Source: Euprymna scolopes (taxonomy: Eukaryota). From it: DNA of 57,359 nt. Of this stretch, positions 50,065-57,359 are shown piece by piece (the stretch's first letter is position 1; each line of letters starts with the position of its first letter). The DNA lies in assembly GCA_053919585.1 (NCBI GenBank), contig CM132790.1. One strand, written 5' to 3'. A program made the translations under genes and the position numbers. The notes under the pieces are model-generated. The model made no database searches, had not been told where the DNA came from, and saw nothing but the letters and a program-made list of their open reading frames with translations.

Positions 50065-51659
50065 CTACACCCCCATCACGCATCCCTTCCCATTGTCTCA
50101 TCACCGTTCCCCCAACAGAAAAGTGATACCAAAGAGCCGGGAAGGGTCAAGGAGGATGGAAAGACCGAGGAGAGAGAGCTGACCAAACCTCGACTGGACA
50201 AACTCGAATAGAATTGGGACTTTGGGGAGGCTTAGTGCCACTCAAATTCCAGTATAAACCAATGGCAGTGCCAGCGAGATATCAATTGTAAATGGCTGTT
50301 GCGATGACGCAAATTTGTTTGCAAATGCTATCGAAGGAGGTGGAGAGAGCGGGACGTCTTGGGAGACTTGTTTTATTTATTTTTTGAATTGAATCATATT
50401 GTGTCGAATAAATTCACCTCATAAATTCACGTTCTTATTAAAGTGGAATCCCCCCCCCCAAAAAAAAAAGTCGGAACTTTAGACAATTTTCGACACAAAT
50501 TTTCCTTCTCCTCTTGCACGTGGCACTCTTTCGAAAATAGATAAATAGATAAATAATAAAAAATAAGAACGTTACTTGTTATCGTGTCAAAAGAAGGAAA
50601 ATCCTGCTCACATGATTACGTGTCTTTTTAAAAATATTTACATAACTTTTCATTTATATATCTGTTTAAGCTTTTTTTGTCAGTGTAGTAGAATGAATCC
50701 AGTTTATTACAACCCTTTCTGTGTGTTCTTTACATTACAATAGCACAACCCCGAATCCGACGGCGCAGTACTACACCGTTCAATACTGTAAAACTGAAAC
50801 GAAGCTGTTCTGATTAAAAAGGGTGCCATTTTCTTCTTATTCAAATTTATATCGATTCTTTGGTTTAAAAAAAAAAACTAAAGTAATTACGTATTTACTT
50901 TTTTAATATCCCATTTTGCTGTTTAGGATTATTTTACTAAAGTAAGTAAAGCTTCATTATTTTTTAAAACTGTTTTTGTTTCTTTGTTTTTCGATATTTC
51001 GTCGATATTATTTACTAAGAGTGTTTAGCAGAAAAGCCAACAAACGACTACCCGAAAAAATAAATATACAAGAAATAAATGTTACCATAGTCAATTAAAG
51101 TTCAGTTCAGTTTTTTTTTGTTTTGAAATAATTTTTAGTGCTCTTTACTTTAAATAATTTCAGCGATCCGAAATTAAAACGAAATTTGAGACGATAACTA
51201 TTTAATGAATTTTTATGTAAACTACACATGCCATAATCGAATATTCCTCAAGCACAAAATAAAAAAAAACATTAAAATATGTTTATAAATATTCCTTACG
51301 TTGACGGAACTCTCTTAAATTGTTTACACGGAATGCTCAGGTGCCTCTCCTTCAAAAGGAAAACGGGGCTCTCATTTTCAAATCGCTGCTACTTTGATTT
51401 TTTTAAAAACTGTTTCGTGAATTACAAAAAAAAATTACAAACTACTTAAAAATACAGCCCAATGAACTTTTATATCAATAAAGTAACTTTTATTGATTAT
51501 GGTAACATTTATTTATATATAAAACATTTTCTCTTTGTAAGTAAACATCATTTTGTTGGTCACTCTTGGCTACGAATGTAAACAAAGTTGATATAAAAAA
51601 TATATTTTCGCGAAAATTATCTTTACTTTCATCATATTTTGCTTAGGGTAAAATTTTTG

Positions 51660-51779
51660 CGTATCAAAACCTATCTCTTTACAACCCCTCCTTTTCATAA
51701 CCTATCATACTTTCATGAATCACAGTCCATTTTCTGTAAACTGTTTTATAACCCAGTCAACGATGGATACTTCTGCTAG
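51660..51779 (+). mobile_element. Helitron family B 3' end (5' extent undetermined)
   Basis: cccagtcaacgatggatacttctgCTAG|t; reverse complement of 4375-4490. Confidence 0.7.
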
Positions 51780-51844
<65 letters not shown>

Positions 51845-53926
51845 ACACTCTTTTTCTGCAATATAATATGAAGTTATCATAACGTTAATGTATGAGTTAA
51901 TTTAAAGAAATATAATATTTTACTTTGAAATGGTACATGTATTTTTTAATCTATAGAAATCGTGATGTAAATTGCATTCAAAGTAAAGCAGAGATTTGTA
52001 AGCATATCAGATAAAGAAATGGTTTTGGAGAATATAAGTAAATTCGGTTTATTGGGAAAAATCCGTAATGTCATTTAATCCTATTTAATACTCGGAGCAT
52101 TATTTCAGAAGGTTTTAAAATAAAAATATGACAAATTCAGACACTGTTTTGATTTCACGTATCTAAAGCATTTATGATTCCATTGTACACCCTAGGCCGA
52201 CACTCCTCGTCGCCCGTATCTTCTCATCAATTAAAAAAAACACATCATGCCTACTTTTAATGTAGTTTTTATTAGTTTAAGACAGTAAGACAGAGTGACA
52301 AATTATAATTATGTACGCTTAAATATGTTAATTATTTTATCGAGGAAGGGAGATACTTACAGAGGCGGCTTGGTTGCCACGTACGTGATTCACATTATAC
52401 GTCCGTCACACTTTCATCTCGAGTTTCAGAGGCAGCATTTGCCTTGTTGATCCTCTCTAACGTTTTCCGGGTAAATCTTGAAATTATATTGATAATGTCG
52501 CTTACTGCTGAGGTCATACCTCGATCCGCTAACATTTTTAACCCGAACTAAGAATTTTCGTGACGTAAACGGCCTAAATATTCACATATTTTATTTTTAT
52601 CGTTTCGAAAGTGTTCAATCTGTCTTTATTTGTAATCAGTATTCCTTCTGATCATTTTTAAAACATTAACTTCAAATTATATATAAATTTTTAAAAAGTT
52701 TACATTAAATTAAAAAAAATATTGTCTTAAATTAAGGAAATATTAATTTGAATTTAAATAATTGAAGATTTCTGGAGCTTAATATCAAATTAAAAAGTTT
52801 AAATAAAAATTAAAATTGATCAACTTCAATTTTCCATTGGCAAAATCAAATGAAAGAAACGCAAACTGCAAGGTAAAATGATTTACTACAAATTCGATAA
52901 ATATCAAATTAAAAACGATTAACATCAAATTAAACCTGATCAACCTAGATTCAAAAAATAATTAACATCAAATTAAAATGGATCATCTTCAAATTACAAA
53001 TAAGTTCTAATATGGGTGCAACACTTATATACAGAACTACGTATGTCAATTGCATGTCAATTTCAACTTTATATTCCTGCTCCCCTGAAACAAACATTAA
53101 TTAGCTAAACTTATAAGTAATTTACTAATGTCAAGTAAAATTCTAACCTTTACGTAATCCCTATATGTTACATAAATTTGTGTGAGTAAAATTTTACAAA
53201 AACACATATAAGTGGCAATACTGGAAATATTCAAAACGAGAAACAGAAGTAAAAATACGTTTATTTTTTTCTAGGCTATAAATAAATTCTTTTTATCAAA
53301 TTAATAATTCTTAAAGAAAGATGTAAGGATACAGAGAATTCGGATTTGCGGTTTAAACAAAAATAATGCGAGAATTAAAAGAAGGCGAGAAAATATTTTC
53401 AAATTTTCTTCTTGTTATTATTGAAAATGTTTTCTTTCTTGGAGCGTCTCAAGATGGCATTAGTCCAAAACGGTAATTCATTATTGTGCTTTCGTGCAGA
53501 GAAGCGAATAATGGCAAGGAGATGAAATCCTCTGCTTGACCGATTCTTGCCAACATGTATTCATGTCAAGTTGGACACTCGCAGACTTTTGACGGGAAAA
53601 ACAATTCGTCGTGTCTATCAGGATTCTTTTCTTCTTTTTTTGATTACTTTTACTAGAAATATCAACAGAATGTGGACGCTTAAAGATGGCTTAATGCAGT
53701 TTTAAATACACTTAAATGTTCAGAATGCTACATAATTTGAAGACTCCACGCCATACATGTATACAAATATGAATATGAAATATTTATGTAAACCAACGCT
53801 TTAAAACACACTGAATCATACAAATTGATACACGCATATGGAGTTCTCTTTTTTCTCTCTCTTAACAAACATGCAAACATACCTATTTGATGAACATTTA
53901 AATGCTAATAAAAGCCACACTGGCCA

Positions 53927-53981
<55 letters not shown>

Positions 53982-53984
53982 TGG

Positions 53985-56270
53985 ATTCTCTCATCGAAGA
54001 CGATGAATGAGGGTCCAGTATGCAATTTTCAGCAGCTCCTAAACTCTGTGACACCACATGCATAATGCAATCCTGTAGACGTCCGGCACACTCCTCCGCA
54101 GATGGTGAACTTTCATATGCTCGTCGGTCAAAGATGCCTTCTCGATAACCCTGCTTTGCTACGTGCTCTGAAACCACAGTGGCATACATATTCATTTTAG
54201 GTGGATTTTTCTTGTGTTTTGCCTTCATATTTGCACGAAGTGCGTCCCTATGACAAAGGCGGTTATGTTCAAATTCTTTGGTTCCCAGGAAACACATCTT
54301 ACTACATTTTCTGCGACCCCTTGCTGCACTCTCCCAGGAACTCAGAGAAATTCCACAATGTTTCAGGTTGTTTTTTAGTTTATCTTTGTAACGAAGCAGG
54401 GGGCGCCCTATTGGACGGCAAGAATTTGTCAGTTGCCTATGGAAAAGTTGCTTAGGAACTCTTGAGTCATCCATTCTCTCAAGATGACCCGACCACCGCA
54501 TTTGTATCCTGATCAAAAATGACTCAATACCAGTGAGTTCACATCTCTCCAGTAATTCACTATTCAGAACACAACCCTGCCATCCAACATTGCAAATAAA
54601 ACGCAGGCATCAAGTTGATTTAAATGCTTGCGGTACAAGGTCCACGTTTCGCCACTATACAGAAGAGTAGGCAGAACACCAGATTTGTAGACTGCCACCT
54701 TTACTTTTAGAGACACATCGTGGCTGTTCCAGAGTCTGTGTCGCAACCTACCAAATGTCTCACTAGCCGAGGTGTGTAAAAGAAGATAATGTTTTCAATG
54801 CTTCACCATCAACATATACCACTGGTTGTGAAGAGGACGTAGCGTTTGGTTTTGGCTGATGAATAATTTCAGTTTTTTCTATGCTAATTCTAAGACCGAA
54901 GGCCTTACATGCACCAGAAAAGCTATTGAGGATGTTCTGCAAGTCATCAAGACTATGGGTGACAAGAGCACAATCATCAGCATAAAGGAGGTCAGTCTGC
55001 ATAGAAGTCTTGGTTTTAGCCTTGAACCGTTGCTGGTTAAATAATCTTCCACTTGATCGATACTCAAGACATATGCCTCCTGAGGTGTTCCTGAAAGCTG
55101 TCTCAAGCAGCACCGAAAAGAAAAGAGCAAATAGGATCGGACACTTCGCATGGTTTACTTTGTTCATAGCCAGATCGTACTGTTGCCCAGTGAAAGGAGA
55201 CAATCACATTCAACATCCTGTCCGAAATACCAAGGCTCTTCAAAACAGTCCACAGGACATCCCTTGAGACGGTATCAAATGCCTTTGTGAGGTCAACGAA
55301 TGTGACAAACAAGTCCTTATTCTGCTCCCTCGCTTTCTCCTGAGTTGCCGAAGGCTGAAGATCATGTCCACAGTGTCTCTTCCTGCCCTAAACCATACTG
55401 GGTTTCTGAGAGCACAGTTTACAGATTGGACCATTGAGTTTGTTTAGGATTACACGAGCTAGACTCTTACCAGCAACAGAGAAAAGAGAAATTCCTCTCT
55501 GGTTGTCACACTCACACTTATTTCCTTTGTGCTTAAACAGTTGAATAATCGACGCATCTTTGAACTGTTGTGGCACGGTAACAAGTTCCCATATTAATGA
55601 AAGCATGGCAGTTAGTTAAACATTTTTATACTTCTGACGGTATGGCATCATCACCAGGAGCTATACCATTTGAAAGTTGCTTTACAGCCCATTCAATCCC
55701 CGACATGGATGGAGTATCAGCTAGCGCCTCGATGGTTGGCCTTTCAGGAATATCATCAATCACTCCTCGATCCACTGTCGATTCTTTGTTTAAAACATTC
55801 GAAAAGTGTTACGTCTAGCGCTTAGTAATTTCTTTCTTATCAGTGAGGAGAATGCTATCCGACGAAAATATTGGATATGCCCCCTTTAAAATGAGGTTTT
55901 GTTAGAATGACTTAAAATCACACCTATCCGCCGCATCTTGTAGGGCCTCAGCTTTTCGCTCACACCAGTTTTGTTTCATTTTCCGGAGCCGAGATTGTAC
56001 CAACCTTTTGGCCATTCTGAAAGCCTTGTGTTTCAGTGAAGAATTTTTGTTAGTGATCCATAATTGATGGGTTTGATGCATGTTATTGAGCAGTGGGACG
56101 ATAGCTGGATCATCTTCATCAAACCAATCTTGGTTTTTCCTTCAAACATATCCTAATGACTCTTTGGCAGAGTCATACACTGCAGTTTTAAACTCTCTCC
56201 AAAATGCCTCAGTGTCATTCCCACATAAAACGGAGGCCAGTTTTTCATCAGTAGCCTTTTGAAATGAGTG
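53985..56270 (-). mobile_element. Degenerate, 5'-truncated RTE-clade LINE
   Basis: Frameshifted motifs FKDASIIQLFKHKG..CECDNQRGISL, FRAGRDTVDMIFSLRQL, FVDLTKAFDTVSR, DLLYADDCAL, FGLRISIEKT, VLPTLLYSGETW, MRWSGHLERMDDSRVPKQL. Confidence 0.92.
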
Positions 56271-56294
56271 CATTATCTCCTTAACCTAAATATA

Positions 56295-56337
<43 letters not shown>

Positions 56338-56799
56338 AAAGAGAGAAAGAAAAAGAGATAGAGAAAGAAAGAGAGAGAGAGGAGGAGGTAAAAAGAGCGA
56401 GAAAAGTTTTATTTTTAAAGAGCTGTACCATGCTCTGGATCATAATATATCAGTTTTGATATGGACTAATTCTATATAAACCCATATATATTTACATGAT
56501 TAAGGTGAAGCTCGAATGATTCAAACTCGAGATAGATAATGCCAAAAAATTCCCCCATAAATATGGGAGGGGAGAGTATCTTCAAAGAGCATCCTAAATT
56601 GATAATTTAGCACCGGACTTGTACTAAGTAGATATTAATATGCCCCTCGTATCCATTCCGTTTTTTTATTTGTTTTTTTAATGGAGAGTAGATAATGCGG
56701 TGGATGTGTTATCGGCAGCTCCAGTAACTCTCGCTTCTCCTTTTTTTGTCCCACAGTCCTCATTCAAATGAGTGATTTTTCTGACAAAGGGTGAAGAAA

Positions 56800-57359
56800 A
56801 AGCTGCTTAAAGGTCGGTAGTATTTTGTGAACAGTAGTATGAGATGTCGGAAATTTTTCTGTCTCTATATCTATCCTTGTGGCCATGTCACTAGTAAGGG
56901 TGCTGGAGGTAAACGTTTGTCTAGGCTGACGTTATCCGCCTGATAGTCAGGGACCCGAACCTTGGATTAACTACTAAGGAGGCTGTCCTATCAGCAGGTT
57001 AAAAGTACTGGGGCTGCTGTATTGCAATTTGGTGAATGGATTCTGGACTTTGCAGTAGTCTCTGGTGGGGCCTTTCGATGCCATACTAGTGGGTAATTGT
57101 TACGGCTTTACCTTTTCATGTGCTACAAAAAAAAATTCCTATCCTTTTCTCTCCGTCGTTCCCTCTCATTCTTGCTCAAACCGAGTATGCTGACCTGTTC
57201 CACAAACCCGAAAACCTCAACATGAAAGATCTCAAAAACAAAAACTCGAATAAACCTAGAACCCCATCTTCCAACGTAGACCCCTACTACCTTGTCTCCT
57301 TCTCCAAAATGAGGGGTCTACGTTCCAACCTTCCAGAGGTTGAAACCCAATTACAAGAG
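56800..57359 (+). mobile_element. 5'UTR and start of a second CR1-like LINE (runs off the window)
   Basis: 56900-57090 resembles the 5'UTR of the 4.7-8.9 kb element; followed by an ATG-initiated APE N-terminus. Confidence 0.75.
57222..57359 (+). CDS. N-terminus of LINE APE-RT protein (partial; intactness unknown)
   Basis: MKDLKNKNSNKPRTPSSNVDPYYLVSFSKMRGLRSNLPEVETQLQE aligns with LRLSFTNIRGLRTNLADVEAFL of the 970-aa ORF. Confidence 0.7.
   Translation, partial: MKDLKNKNSNKPRTPSSNVDPYYLVSFSKMRGLRSNLPEVETQLQE

Noticed and set aside
49885-50211. Poly-Asp and poly-Met ORFs
   Set aside because: These are translations of a (GAT)n microsatellite.
53400-53720. Possible Penelope C-terminal fragment with a degenerate hammerhead
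   Set aside because: The core is mutated (ctcaagatgg...ccaaaac) and peptide similarity is too weak to call.
1-57359. Assignment of the source species
   Set aside because: Repeat content suggests an invertebrate animal, but there is no diagnostic host gene to support a taxon.

Overview
AT-rich, repeat-dense eukaryotic (probably invertebrate animal) scaffold segment with four N-gaps and many (TA)n tracts. I cannot support any host protein-coding gene. The one intact long ORF (4769-7681, minus) is the APE-endonuclease/reverse transcriptase of a CR1/Jockey-group LINE. It has no ORF1 and appears nested in a non-autonomous Helitron. The rest is a transposon graveyard: four Tc1/mariner lineages (Tc1 DD34E, mariner, DD41D, maT-like), Helitron copies, a degenerate RTE LINE, Penelope remnants, short CR1 3' fragments, and a degenerate R4/Dong-like RLE element split by a 3.3-kb 27-bp minisatellite apparently amplified from its own coding sequence. 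The most interesting signal is a set of short non-coding elements with hammerhead-ribozyme cores. One is a retrozyme-like unit with two identical type I hammerheads 343 nt apart and a tRNA-like Pol III promoter between them (45837-46274). Several others are long palindromes built around hammerhead cores (22.1, 28.4, 41.5 and 49.9 kb). All calls come from reading the sequence by eye; no searches were run.
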